A DNA stretch of 64,000 nt from Dicyema japonicum (taxonomy: Eukaryota > Animalia > Dicyemida). The notes under the pieces are model-generated. The model was not told where the DNA came from, made no database searches, and saw only the letters and a list, made by a program, of their open reading frames with translations. This document shows, piece by piece, positions 1 through 13,340 of the stretch (the stretch's first letter is position 1; the number at the start of each line of letters is the position of its first letter). Location of the stretch: contig RDEW01000041.1 in the NCBI GenBank assembly GCA_011109175.1, positions 1 through 64,000 of the forward strand, given 5' to 3'. The position numbers and the translations under genes are program-made.

Positions 1-688
1 AATTGTCGTAATCGTTAAAAAAAATCTTGGATTTTATTTCTGTCACATGAGTTCTTTTCACCCAAAATTACTTTGAGCAATAATTCATGGCGCACTTTAA
101 ATCGATCCAATAATCCATTCGATGCTTTGAAATCATTGAAGTCAAGATTAGCTGCAATTTTTTTGCGATAGTTTTGAGGAGAAATCTTGAAACTGAAATA
201 CCATCCTCTCTCAAATTTTTAAAAACTTCGAATACTAATCGATCAATTCGAATAGATAGATCTGATTCGAACTTCTTAGATGAGAGTTCATCAGAGCTAT
301 TCGTGTTTTTGATACCCCTTTTCCGGTTTCTTTTTTAATTCGTGAGACAGTTCCTTTTCCAATTTTGTATAATTGATAAAATTTTCTTTCTGACATATTT
401 TCTTTCATTACAGAATCGAAATCTCTGTTTCAGGTGGCGACTAAGCTTTAAAAAATATTTTAAAATTAATTAAATAAATATTAAAATGAAATAATAAATT
501 TTAATATTATCGATTGAAAAAGTGCCCCAATAAGCGGGTTTTGTATTTTAAATTTAGGCCTCCTTTCCTATTGGTCAAAAAATGTAAAAAAATGTAAAAA
601 TCATTCAAAATAATATTTATTAAAAAAATCGCCACCAAATACAGAGGGTGCCCCAAGGCCGGGGTTTTATTGGGGTGGGGTCGTACTG
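1..688 (-). mobile_element. pogo/Tigger-type DNA transposon, 5' end with frameshifted transposase (truncated by window edge)
   Basis: The minus strand from ATG 396 reads HTH-like KFYQLYKIGKGTVSRIKK, then CENP-B-like DFKASNGLLDRFKVRHELLLKVILGEKNS. The terminus is TA|CAGTACGACCCC (TA at 689-690). A subterminal TTGGGGCAC motif occurs near 525 and 650. Confidence 0.8.
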
Positions 689-960
689 TAATTCCTTTTA
701 CATTTATTAAATTGATATTGCTTCCTTGCAAGTTAACATTTACTTGATTGATTCTATGAAAAATCTTAAGATGATTAACAGCCTTGAGGGCTTCATTCCT
801 TCATTTGTTAAAGACCTTCTTACACATAAAACACATAGGAAGTAATTTGTTGTGCCCGTAAGGTATCATTCCAAACTGTAAGTATGGATCCGAATATATG
901 CGTCATTTTACTTTTTTTATCAGACATCTATAAAATATTAAATACAATATTGCTCTAGGC

Positions 961-1500
961 CAGGGATGTCAAAGATACTGCCCGCGGGCCGGGTCCGGCA
1001 TGGTCTCATATTATAAAAAAATAACTAATGTTTAATTATTTTAATTAAATGAATATATTTTTGAATAAATTTTATTATAATTGTATTTCTGGTCTTGTGC
1101 AATGCCCTTTTCAACAAAACATAAAGTTGATACCGAATGCATTGTGGACATGGTTCAGTTAGCCATATTCATTTATGGTGTGGACGAGAAAGTAAGGTCA
1201 CAAAGGAGTTCTTTGATTTGATACCTATGGTGGACACCACTACGGCAAATGAAAGATTCAAATTTCTCGTCAGAGTGTTGGATAACTTTGGAGTGGAATG
1301 TGCACGTGCTGTTAGTGTGGCTGCAGATGGTGCTCCATTAATGATTGGGATAAAATACTGGCGTTGTGGCTCAATTCAGAGAGAAGGTACAGGTTGCAAA
1401 TGGAGGATGTGATTTTTGGATATTTTGCACCAGGAGATATTGTCAATGAAATTGACAAAAACTGCTCAAAGAACAAGACTCATTGATGAAAATTTATCCG
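961..1500 (+). mobile_element. hAT (SPIN/Buster/Charlie-like) transposon left end and transposase fragment
   Basis: TIR-like CAGGGATGTCAAA..GCCCGCGGGCCG at 961. ORF 1137-1412 has FFDLIPMVDTTT and SVAADGAPLMIG, followed by a degenerate CILHQE-like motif. Confidence 0.75.
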
Positions 1501-1544
1501 TTTTAATAAAAGTCTGAACTACACAAATATCTGAGATATCAAAA

Positions 1545-1670
1545 GATGTCAATCCTCTGGAACTATCTCTCACCAAAATTGAGGGTGGTGATTAAATAAT
1601 TAAGGCCGTGATCACCTGACGGCCCCCACTTTCTTTTATCGGTGATTTTTGGTTTCAAATAAATCTTTCC
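1545..1670 (+). mobile_element. isolated 3' end of the GIT-stop LINE family
   Basis: GGCCGTGATCACCTGACGGCC..TCGGTGATTT..AAATAAA matches the LINE 3' end at 20230-20298. Confidence 0.7.
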
Positions 1671-2362
1671 TCGAAGCGAAATGAGTTTGACACCCCTGCT
1701 CTACACAGAGAAGAAAGAGCTGTGGAGACATGATATCCCCTTGAAAGCCTATTTGGTGCCTATTATAGTTCAGATGAATACTCCACCTATCCATCACATC
1801 TACTACAAAGCTGATGAACTACACAGGCATACACAACTTGTGTAGGAAATCAATAATAATCGTAGCTTTATGTGTCCACTAATTCTGTAAAGTTTTGTAT
1901 GACGTTTTCATATTCGAAACATGAACGCGAAATAAAATCAACAAAGAAGGCACACTATCTTGGAAGCATGGGATATTTCACAACCGAAACGTTACATTGA
2001 TATTGCCCATTTTTTTGATTTTTGTTATTTCAGTATTGTCCCGGTTTATGATTAGGAACCATTCACCCAATTTGTCCGGTGTATTTTTTGAGTATAGATT
2101 CACAGGTGGCATTTTTATATCTTTGAACTGTTGCGCACCGCAACCTGAGGTTCCACAGATTGTCCACTGTCGACCTTACTCAACGAAATCCGATACGGTT
2201 TGCTAACTGGTAAGAGAAAGAATATCCCATATAACAAAGTAATTCAAGACCGTCTAAAAGGAGAATATTCAATAAATTTAATTTAACAAATTAATTATTT
2301 TTTATAAAAATAATGAAATATTTTTTTGAAAATTAATTATAAATTCAACATCCTGTTAGAAA

Positions 2363-4744
2363 ATGGATGTACCTTCATTATATGCTCATTGCATTAAAAC
2401 TATTCGAAAATACATTAATGGGAAAAAATATCAAAAATTGAGCGAAAAAACTAAAAAAATGATTTCTCAAAGATTATTAGAAGAACCCAGTTATTTAGAA
2501 CATCTATTTGCCGATGAAAATCCAAATGAACAATATTCACGTATATACAAGATTCCAGATGTAGTACATAAGAATATTTTCCACGTTAAATTGACAAAGC
2601 AAAGAGTTGACATTAAAGATGTTGTCAAGATGATTCATGTTTATCCGAATTTGTCGAATATCCAAATATGGGAAATAACTTCATCAGAAAAGCATCCTTT
2701 ACTACCATTCTCACCCAATAACGTCAAATCATTCACACTTCTTGAATATAATAACCCAGATTTGCTACATTCCCTATTTATGACTGGATTTAACAAAATA
2801 ACATTCCTTGAACTTTGTCGCTTCAAATATGAAGTGTCAGCAATCCTAAAATATAGCACATTGAATATAATGGAGAAACTCGAACGCATAAAATTATCCA
2901 ACGTTACGATTATCGATTTTGATAAATTTTTGGTGAACTTAAACAGTCCAGAGTCCTTGCGGTTGGCTTGTTTTATATAATTCAGTTATTTTGCGCTCGT
3001 AAATACTGGAGTTTCGAATCGTAGAAGTTTGTTTGTTAAAGATATTTTGTTGTCTTCTCGAAAAAGCAAAGAACCTTACTTTTCTAGGTTTAACAATGTC
3101 CTATATCAATGTACAAAGATTGACAGAGTAATTTATTTTAATAATCTTAGCCAAATACCGAAATACGGATTGAACAAACATTACGATGGAAAAACCTTAT
3201 TTTTTATTAAAGATATAAACGAATTGGTAAATTTGAGAAAATAATATAGAATGATCGAGAAACGGCATTGGATTTCTTACCCACGTCTGTAACAGGCGAA
3301 CTATTGGATGAAACCATCTCTAAGTTTCGCAATAAGAAAATTCGAAATAACTTTTTAAATCGATTTTTGAGAGTATTTTAAAAATATTAATATAGACTAT
3401 CTATGAAACACATAAATATACTAGTTATACTCTGTAACTTACTATATAACTCCAGATATGTTCTAACTCATATTATCCGAACGCATCACATTTCGTATTT
3501 TAATCGTCGGTATGAGTTGATCTTACTCTTAGTTTAATTTATGACATTTTTCTCAATGTTCTTATGTTTTGCATATGTGATAGAAAATTGGTATTTGAGA
3601 TTTTAAATTTGTAGGATATTGTTTCTAATTGTTTAGAGTTATTAATCTCTTTAAAACCATGGGAGACGCCAATTTTCGTTGGTTAATTACTCATTTTAGT
3701 TCAATGCGTTTTCATACATGCTTATTGCAATAGCCACATCTCCCGATTTTTATGATAGGATATATAGAAACTGTCGATTCATCATGAAACGTTTAAATAT
3801 CGGATTTTTATCTTATTTTGGGGATTCTGGAATTGTCAAAGTTTAAAAAAAATTGTAATTTTAGTACTGCCTTGAACACATCGGAACATTGTGTATGGAA
3901 CTTGGTGGGTTTCTAAGTATGTTGGGATGGCTATTAGGTATTTGAAATACGTTTAGATAGACGAAAATGAAATGAATGTGAATTTGTTTATTGGTTTCGG
4001 TGGAATTGAGAATATTTGTCACATTTTCGAAAGATGCAAATTCAAACGTTCCGACGTAAAAATTATGCTTTCACTCGTTGAAATAACGGAAAGTCTTGCT
4101 ATATTTCCGAATTCGCGGCGTTTACTGGGGGCAAGTAGACTAATAGAATATTTATTGTAAACTTGTTAACTTATTAAAAGGGATCCTACTTACGACGATT
4201 GGGATTTCTATCTGCCCTACAGGATCTTGAGGTGTATGTGTATTCTATTGAGTGATTCACACTTTTCTCCTACGTTTATAAATCTGGAAATAGGTGATAT
4301 GAGCCCCCGAGAAATGATTCTCGATAAAATTTTTCAATTTACAAATAAGTATCCTTTTGCATGCTGTCGTATTATTATTGATTGTGATAATGATAGAAGG
4401 TTGTTCCAATTTATATGTAAGGTCGGTGATGTCAACAGTCAATTTATTATGCGCAAACACAGATGAGCGAATTTGGCTTTGGGCTGTGTGGGAATGTGCT
4501 AATATAGCAACTATATCTCGTTGATATTTATTTTTATAATAGCAAATGTACTTATGTTCAAACTGATGGAGCACTATATTCTTCAGAAAATTACTAATGT
4601 ATGCATGAAATCCAAAATGGAAGAGATCCGTTACTATGGTTGGGATTTTAGAAGAAATTACATTGTTGCTTTTTTTTCTAATTTTAGAATTTCATTCAAA
4701 GTCAAATTCAGTCTGCGCACTCTTTAGTTGACTTATTTTCTTAA
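2363..4744 (+). CDS. ZYG11/ZER1-family CRL2 substrate receptor (BC-box, LRR-like region, ARM repeats), multi-exon
   Basis: One frame can be spliced through 22-24 nt GT-AG introns (e.g. 2962-2985, 3227-3249, 3373-3395, 3434-3455, 3841-3864). The N-terminal PSLYAHCIKTI fits the BC-box pattern. LGWLLDENEMNVNLFIGFGGI and WLWAVWECANIATISP resemble ZER1 LWNITDETPDNCEMFLNFNGM and ZYG11 QLWAVWAMQHVCSKNP. Confidence 0.75.
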
Positions 4745-4877
4745 TAACAAATAATAAGCATAATTGTCGTCATTTTTATTTTTGACCGGCATTCTAAATC
4801 AATAAATATTAATTTAATTATTTAATTTTATTAATTTATTTTGTATCACTAGGTCAACCAAATGTTATTTAATCTTA

Positions 4878-5165
4878 ATTTATTTTATCAACTCCGTATA
4901 CACCAAAAAAGAAATTAAGGGTAAGCAACTCAATTAAGTGTATCCAATTTCCAATGATACAGAAAAAGAGTCCATCTGGAACCAGTTTAAAAAATAAAAG
5001 ACCTCCATTACTTGCAGTGTGGAAAACCACCAATGGAGTGGAGAGAGCAAATGATCCTTTTTCGTGCCAGCCTGGACTGGGTGCCACATAGACAGGTGGA
5101 TGACATGACACCACTCTATTAAAAGGGGAAAGAGGAGGAACAGACAAAACAAACATAAACTTTTA
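4878..5165 (-). mobile_element. SINE family 2 copy (5'-truncated)
   Basis: Homologous to 17543-17850 and 26408-26727 (GGCACGAAAAGGA, TTCCACA.CTGCAAGTA, GGATACACTTAATT, GGTGTAT). Confidence 0.8.
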
Positions 5166-6271
5166 TTTGGTAAAAAATACATTTAATAATAAATTGTTGT
5201 AATTTTTAAAAATAAACAGCTATTTTTTGATATTTTTATTTTCCTGTTGCCCTATTAATCACAAAACCAATTTAAAGCACAAATAGCAAAAAATCATAGA
5301 CAAAAATGGTTAAACATTAATTTTGTCGACTAAAAGTCGTAAACATAAATCTTAATCTAAAATCACAACATAATCAAACCTAAACCGTAACCCTAAAATT
5401 CCAACCATTAATTCTAGACGTTAACCATATTTCTAATCTTTACCCAATCCTAAGCCAAACCATAATACCCCTAAGGGTCAATACATAATCATAACTTTTT
5501 TCTTCTTTATATTCCAGAATGTAGTTTTCTAATTATCGTATATTTCGTCAAGTACCTCACATAAAAGAAATCGTCTTACGCTACCCTCATTTTCTCATAT
5601 TTATTATTAATTTAGACAAGTACCTAATGATTGGGTATTATCTTATTATAACCCGTCATCTTGAAAGACTCTCTGCCATTTTTCTATTACAATGGCAATA
5701 TTCAAATATGCCTCTTCTCTTATGATATCTAATATATGTTGCGCTCCCATAAATATGTGAAAAGGACTTTATTTGTCGTGTCATGTACTCTGTTGTAGTA
5801 ATCGAATTTAAAGTCCGAAGAGTCGAACGAATATCAAGGAGAAAGTCAAGTGGGTGCGAAAGTTATCCTTGTAGCTTAGATAAGATTCGGAAGACTACCT
5901 CGAGGACTAAAGAAAGTCTTCAATGATGAATTTTATATGTTGAAATGCCTTTTTATGTGTTCTAACCTGAAGAGTTTGGTGAATTTCAAATCAAGGTGTT
6001 CTACACTCAAAATGATTGGGAAACTGGAAAAGATGCTAATTAACAGGTTTTACTCCCAAATTCATCAAGTGTCCACCATTTTATATAAACGATTTACGGA
6101 GATTACTATGTTCTCTCATAATGTAACCGAACGAGCGACTGGGTCCAGCTTATTATTACCGCCGAGAACACGTAAAAAACAAAAAGTTAATCATATATTC
6201 GTCCACTTAGGAAGTTGGTGATCCAAGGCTTAATCATATATTCCGCGTGGTGCACGGTAAAACCAAACTGA

Positions 6272-6700
6272 TTATCAGGTGATCCCGATGAATTTTAGCA
6301 GCGACTTCATTTTTGCCCGGTGTTCTTCCCTCGTGTCCGCGTATGAGCGTACAGGACAGCTGACTGATTTTTCAGGGCCACATTCCCGTGATTTGGAGTC
6401 TACTCTCACAACAGCCTCCTGAAGCATAGGCCCTGTTCGGTGATCTTCACAAATCCAGCGTATCGTTGCTCTGTAAGCCCTCTTTTGCATTTCCTCAATT
6501 TTCCTCATATTTGTTCAAGAAATGGACGGTCCCCACGAGGCGCATGCATATGCGAAACATGACTCGATGTACTGTTTTTACAAGTTCATCAGGACCGGGT
6601 GAGTACCACAATTCCAAAGGAGATCATTGAGGAACTCCGTTGGGGAGGAGACGTGAGATTGATTTTAGACATCCGAGGCATACACGTCCCCTTTGTCTAC
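6272..6700 (-). mobile_element. GIT-stop LINE, internally deleted RT/C-terminal fragment
   Basis: Reads LPNGVPQ, YACASWG and EEHRAKMKSLLKFIGIT-stop. Confidence 0.75.
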
Positions 6701-6739
6701 TTAGAAAGTTGGTAATCCAAAGGAAGTTGCTTCCCTGGG

Positions 6740-8000
6740 ATTTTTACTAGTTTACTGAAAACACCAAAGGCAAGGATTTTTCCAGAAGGCTACATCTTCC
6801 ACCATCCCCAAAAGCAATCCGACTTTCTTATGTCATCTCCATATCTTGTAGGATATCCTCTCTGCATAGCTGAATTAAGTAAACTCCGTTTTGTCGGTGT
6901 TTATCTACATGAACCATTTTTTGAATATATGTGATACTCGCTTACGTAATTGAGAAATTCAGAATAGTCAGACACCAAGTCTAGATTATCCGCGTAAATC
7001 AACTCATAATATCGGTCTTCGATAAACGATCTGAAGTATCAAACTCAAGGTAAATAATGAAAAGAATAGGGGACAAAGAGTCTCCTTGTGGAACTCCCCG
7101 AGTGGTTTCAAAAAAGTTAGAGGTAAAATTTCCCAAATTTGACTCCTAGATGAGTATCTTCTAGGACAGAGGTGTCAAACATGCGGCCCGATTTAATGGC
7201 TATAAAGCACAAAAAAAGTCATTTAGTTATTTTTTACATTTAATTAAATTTTTTAATATTATTTGTAAATCTTGTTTGCCAATGTCACGTGCTTATACAA
7301 ACCTTCTAAAGAGAATCTATTATTACTAGTTTGTGATCACTGGACGTTTCGAGGCCATCAAAAGATCTTGAGTCCAGTATAAGGTTTTTGCTACTTTTAC
7401 ACAAGATATAGTCGATTTGGTTATATATTTTAATCAGGCTCTCATTTTTATCCTTTCTTGAACTAACCCTAATAGTTTATGTCTTGCTGGGTGATCAAAA
7501 GCAGTATTCGTAATAAGTAGGATTCGCAGAATTGGATTGATGAAACACCAGAGGAATTCCGGCGGTTCCGAGCATGCGATCCAATACAGTTCTCCTTATT
7601 CTTCACTTTACCAACTCTAGCATTCCAATCACCACCAATGACGTCAGAAATGATGATGAAAGTGAGTCACATGTCGCACAGAACTCTTCGGGGTTGGCAT
7701 CAACCCGGGCAGCGGTCAGAGCCATAGACATTGATGAGATGCCAAAATTAGCTTTCATTCCGATCTCTAGTTGAATTACTGCAGTACGAACCGAGACAGC
7801 CCATACACGTGTGACAAGGTCATAAAGATCTCTGTGGACATCAAATCCAAGACCATAATGTCGACAATCAGAGTCCAAAGTAATTATATAATAATCATCC
7901 AATTTCATAATAGAATATGGGGTAATTTTAGTTTCTTGACAGCAAATACTGACCCCATGAATTGATAAATCACGCAAATTGATGTTTTTTGGTATTGAGC
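6740..8000 (-). mobile_element. RTE-clade LINE remnant (APE 7310-8000, RT 6740-7150) interrupted by a hAT end
   Basis: APE motifs CCQETK, HYGLGF, YNQIDYILC and SDHKLV; RT motifs GVPQGDSLSPILF and LIYADN. Similar to the RTE at 13679. Confidence 0.8.
7168..7200 (+). mobile_element. hAT-type terminal inverted repeat (left end)
   Basis: CAGAGGTGTCAAACATGCGGCCCG resembles the end at 961. Confidence 0.55.
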
Positions 8001-9510
8001 TTCAAATCTTGAGTATTGAAAGTACAAAGGGAGAATAGACAACGGGTAATCAAACGCGAAGAAGAGAGACCTCACCACCTCAACCAGACAAGTTTATGAA
8101 GCTGAAGTGAACGAGAAGGTACCTTTTGGGCCCTGGGCACATAAGATGTCACGGGTCATTCCCAAGGAGATTGACTTAGTTGTACTAGTCTTCGGAGTCT
8201 CTCTGGACTTGGTTGATGAAAATGTACTTGAGAATATCAAGCGGGACGCCCCTCGACGCACATGATTGAGAGCTCTACAAGTGGGGGAAGGACCATGAAG
8301 ATTTTGTTACGCTCTGATGTTGAAGCAGAAAAGATCTGCTTAGAGAAGGTACGTATTAGTTACTTTAGGTTCGGTGTGGCCCGAGAGAGACCCTTAGCAA
8401 TCCAGTGATACAGATGCCAAGGATTTGGCCACACCAACTCCTGTTGCACTTATAAAGATAAATGCCTTAATTTAGGTGTCCACATTCACGGAAGGCTGTC
8501 AGTCAAAAGACAGATCTCTCAACTGCGTGAACTGTGACGGGGAAGGACAAAGGGTAAGTCTGTAAAATGCCCTCTGTATCAGAAAGCACCGGATAAGGTA
8601 CTACAGGGGAGAAAGCTTGCGCCCTCCTCTAGAATGCTTAGTGATGTAAGCACTATCCATCGTATGTTAAAGGGTTATTACAGCATCTCCGGCTCTTCTT
8701 TCCTAATCCTCTTAGGATATAGGAAAAAGAAGGTGTCGAAATGATGATCAACATCTCTTCAGTGATAGTCAAATCTCTCCAGAGGAGAAGAAAGACCCTA
8801 TATGATCTTCTCGAGACCCTGAAAGCTGACATCTTGTAAGGATAGGGCTGCTAAGACTTTAATGTTATAATAGTTGTCATCTCTTGTGAAACGATACACA
8901 TCGAGGTTCCGAACAAGAATCTATTGGAGGATGAGCCTTGTAGTAGTTGTCCAAGGAACCTCACCCCGCCCACATTGCGAGCTTATTTTATTACACGTCA
9001 GACTTCCTAGTTACTCGGTTATTATTAGGACAATGTATGGCAAACAGTTGTTAGGGATTACATTAAGGCTGTTTTTGACATACATCCCAATTGCATTATT
9101 TTTGGTGATTCAAAATCTAAGCATAAAAATTCTACGCATAGCTATCGCCCATATTACCCTGTTGCCTGCGGTCGCTAAAATTTTTGAGAGTGATACACCA
9201 GAGGTTAGCCCAGAATGCATAATAATAGAAACCTTTCTGATCTTCAGATATGGTGATTGTCTTTGGAGATTGACCTTTCAGGTTCGCAGTCAGAGGAAGC
9301 TGAAGCAGTACATGGTAGCGCTGTTTCTCGATTTAGAGAGGGCTTTCGATTCGGTCTGGTAAGACGGCCTCCGATGCGTCCTAGCCGAGGCATAAAGATT
9401 CCACAAGCCCAGATGTTCAATATCTACATGTCGAAACTCCCTCACCCAGCCAATATGAGAACTGAAATGGCTGTCTATGCTATGACTTTGTAATCTGGGA
9501 TCACTCGTGG
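8000..9510 (+). mobile_element. Jockey/I-like LINE remnant with gag-like zinc-knuckle ORF1 and heavily deleted ORF2
   Basis: 8400-8590 reads Q(C>stop)YRCQGFGHTNSCC..KCLN..CVNCDGEG..KCPLY (CCHC knuckles). Downstream RT pieces are LLPAVAKIFES, FLDLERAFDSVW and MFNIYMS. Confidence 0.75.
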
Positions 9511-9569
9511 AAACAATGGCAGGGAAGAAATGAATGTTATTAGTCTTTAGCAGCCCTAAACAGGGGCGT

Positions 9570-9875
9570 AGTTGTTAGGTGTCGGGCTTAAGTGGCTTAG
9601 GCTACGGGTTCGAATCTCGCTGCTGTTCACCTGGTGGAAGGTTCCACGCATCTACAATGCAGAAAGGGTTTGACGAGTGACGCCGTCATCAGTGGAACTG
9701 GATTGTCTAGAAAGGACACTCACACAAGAAAAAGAAAAAAAGAAGTGAAGATCATTCCTTGGTTCTACGATTAGTTAAAAATAACTGTTCTTTACTTAAA
9801 TAAAGTGTGTGTCCTGCCTATGCGGAGCTATAAATACTATGGCTCTCGTGAAAAGGCTTTAAAAAAACCAAAAAA
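9570..9875 (+). mobile_element. tRNA-derived SINE family 1 with 12-bp target site duplication
   Basis: B-box GGTTCGAATC and A-rich tail. Flanked by AAACAGGGGCGT at 9558-9569 and 9876-9887. Homologous to 34015-34285 and 53640-53853. Confidence 0.85.
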
Positions 9876-10124
9876 AAACAGGGGCGTGTAAAAGCTTTCT
9901 GTTGCCCAGGGTGAGTTTATGATAATGATTCCCCTTATAACTAACTTAATCGTGACTAATAAATTATGTTGATATACATGAGAATGAATAAATAAAAGAT
10001 CAAGCAAGAGTGAGGTGCATCATTATTTAATTTATGAACAAAAAGTTACTTACTTCCATTCATTGCTGATGGATTTAATGCCACCCAACCATACATTCGA
10101 ATTAAAATGGTCTCCGTCGACATA

Positions 10125-11110
10125 AATTAAAATTTTGACAAGGTCCTGAGGAAGTTTCTTATTGGGAAGATTTTTGATTCGATACTACGTCCAAACCTAA
10201 AGCTGTGGTTGGCCAACTGTCTCTCTGGGCGACGTGGGAGAGTCGTCTGCGGGCACCTTAGATCAAGATCACGACTGCTACCTAACAGAGTACCCCAAGA
10301 TTCTCCGCTTTCTCCGACTCTGTTCAATATTTTCATCCACGACCAATAATTGCAGCACGCAATCGATCGACAAAAGTTGCAATGTTTGAAGCCCAGGCGA
10401 GAGTGAACACCGTCTATGATTGGTTGACTGTCAACCGTCAACGATTTCTGCCGCTTTTCACTTCAGACCGTTGTTCAAAAGAAGATCCAAGAATTTTCAT
10501 TGGTCCTGTCCAGATACCAGTAACAAAGTCTTCCCAATTCTTGGATTAATGTTCGACGGGTTGTTGAATTTCAACTTCCATGCCAAGAAAGTCCTCACTA
10601 AAGGCCTACAGATGTTTATTTTTGTACGCACGCTTGTTCGGAGGATTCCTTTGAATATGGTTGCTTCGAATGCAACACTTTTCCGGCTGTGCTGAATGCC
10701 TCTGTTATGGAGATTCACGTTATCAGAGACTGTTTCAAAGACTCAATTCAATATACAGGAAAACTGTTCATATGATGGGCCCTCACTCTGGATCAATGGT
10801 TAATTCCCTACTCACGGAAGCTACAATCTGTAGTCGCTGAACCGGATTCCTTCAGGTCTGCAAGGAGGATGGAGACCCGCTTAGCCTGTCCGTTTCCAAG
10901 GCAAAAGAAAGTCGATTAGTTAGGAAATTCCCCTCCCCAATCGGATTACTCTTCAGGGATGAGAGAAGGCTCTTTCGCACGGTAGTGGGAACAATGGGAG
11001 ACCATAGACATTGGATGGCTCTTTTTATTGCAGGAACTGGGATTACCAAACTGTCTGAAGTTTTTTTCGGTCTTTCTTTTTCGGTGATCCTGGGGTTCTA
11101 AATAAATACA
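10125..11110 (+). mobile_element. GIT-stop LINE, 3' portion (RT and C-terminus)
   Basis: KLWLANCLSG..RVPQDSPLSPTLFNIF; the C-terminus ending GTGIT is homologous to 28480-28962. Tail TCGGTGATCC..AAATAAA. Confidence 0.8.
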
Positions 11111-11539
11111 GTCTGTACACAGCTTCTTTCACCTCGCTTGTCAGGAATCTTTTTTCAATGCTGATCAAGATAAACTTGATAGGTGCTGATTTGATGCCGA
11201 AGTCCTCAAATATGTTTGTTTAACTTTGAAAAAGAACTTTCATTACTAGCAATTGAGTAGCCAACTGTGAGTAATAAACGATGTGCAATATAAAAAGTGG
11301 AAAAACATCCCAACTAAGCTAATGAAGTAAAAAAATCCTTGGAAATGCAAGAAAATTTTGGAAAAGTTCTGTTTCCGCTTTGGAAAAATGTAAGACATTC
11401 AACGGTTTTTTTTTACAGAGAAGGTGAGTTTAAGTCAGTCTCGAAATGGTTAGCAAAATTCTGACACTGTCGTTTCAAGGTTTTCAAATGTTCCTTGTTT
11501 TCAACATGGCGGATCACAGGTGGATGAGCTACCTTGGAA

Positions 11540-11960
11540 AAAACTTTAAAGTCCAATTGTAGTTTCCTGGAGCATACTGCCCTCATTAAGAGGCGGGATT
11601 GGGAGTGATGAGGGCTTTTCAGCTGAGCTGTGATGGTGGGCCAAAGTTTTCAACGCCATGGTGTTACTTATGCTCAATACGATGCGTACTCCTGGTACGC
11701 ATTGAGGAACGCGAAAAATACCTGGAACATCTGAAAAAGTTCCGGAGGCGAGCGATACGGTATTTTTTAGGAATGTCTTAAAGGGCACCATTACTGGAAA
11801 GAGGGTTATAAGGACAATAAAGATCCGCAGGGGGTGATCGAGAAGATCCTGCGGAACTTCAAACCGGAATAGCTTCGTATTAGGAAGACAGGGAGGGGAA
11901 TACAACAACCATTGACGCGCAGGCAGGCACTAAAGCTACTAAATGCACTTATCTGTGCCT
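11540..11960 (+). mobile_element. degenerate LINE RT C-terminal fragment
   Basis: QYDAYSW and LKKFRRRAIRYFLG resemble the post-RT thumb region; frameshifted. Confidence 0.45.
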
Positions 11961-12239
11961 AGCTTATCAAGAAGACGACACATAATCGATTTATCGTCTC
12001 AGTAACGATCCTCTCAGGTTGATCGAAGGCATTTTAGTAACTTGTACGAAGAATGCATTAATAAGTGAAACAATATTACAGAGCTTATGCGCTATTTCGC
12101 ACAACTATTCACATTTCCAGGTTGTTTTTGTATAGTAATTTATCACAGAAAAAATATTACAATTTGAAAGTAGCGAGTGTACAATATTTTATTATTAACC
12201 CAAAATCACTAACAGTTAATTTTTTTTAAGCAATAACAA

Positions 12240-13340
12240 TTTATTGAAGAATTAAACCAAATAGTTAAAGGCTACTGGCTGCTCTCAGGATTGAGACAGT
12301 TAATTAAAGAAATTAATTAAGTGATTCTGACAACTCGGAAGAAGCTTCTCAACTTATCTCGATGTTGGACTTTGGATTCAGCACAGCTACGGATTGAGCG
12401 GAAGGTAGTGTTTCCCATTTATTCCTCCGGCGTGATGTATTTGTTATTTCTGTTTTTAGGGATAAACTCGTCGTTCTGTGGTAGGCTCTTCAGTTTTCGA
12501 AGGGCTACGAAGCCCTTTTCATTTTGCAAATAAGATGGTCGAGAGTGGAGGGTGATAATTCTTCCAGTTTTGCCAAGTGTTTTATTGACGTACCCTCCTG
12601 GCGTAGACAGGCTTCGATTTTCAAACAGTTCGTCCATGAGAGGTTTGTTCCACATGAAGCGCAGGCATAAGCAATGAATTGTTTGTATAATGATCTTAGG
12701 GGTGGAAAAAAGATTTTTTATTAGACCTCCAAATAGCGATTTGCTCAGTCCAATATTCCTCTGGCAGGTCCCGATGGTCTTTTCAACATGGGGGAACACA
12801 TATAGGTATCGAATGTGATACCCAAAATCTTTAAGTTCTTTGTGAAAGGGATTTTTGTGTTGCCAATGTACAATTCAATAGATCTGTTTTCGAGTCTTTT
12901 ATCCGATGTGAACAGAGTGGACAATGACTTCTTAGGGGAAACGTCCAGACGGTTGTGTTTTAGCAATTTTTTCATTTTTTCAGAGTTCTTGGGTTTTCTT
13001 TGTTGCACGTATTACATCTTGATCTCACAGACCCGTCCTCTCCTTCCGCTGAGAAGTTGGAAAGCCACAGTTTTATGTCAGAATTGACTGGTAGACTAAA
13101 TATTTTTTGGGTAAGGATCTCTCTTGAGACTGAGTTGAATGCTTTCTGAAGGTTGAGAGAACATATTACTGATTTGATGTGTGGTTTAGTGTCAAATCCT
13201 TCAATGATGATCTGAGTTAATGAGGTAATGTGTGTCGAAGTTGAGTGGTTGCTCCAGAATTTCTCGTGATAGTTTCACTGAGGTTCTTGATTTCTTCCGC
13301 CGGACATAGGGAAGAGATTCTTTTTAAGAAGGTTCCTTTT
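12240..13340 (-). mobile_element. GIT-stop LINE fragment
   Basis: LNLQKAFDSVSRKILTQKIF and FTKNLKILGITFDT, ending RVVRIT-stop. Close to the copy at 48040-50100. Confidence 0.85.

Noticed and set aside
5380-5470. Telomere-like TAACCC tract
   Set aside because: Only one exact unit amid degenerate AT-rich sequence.
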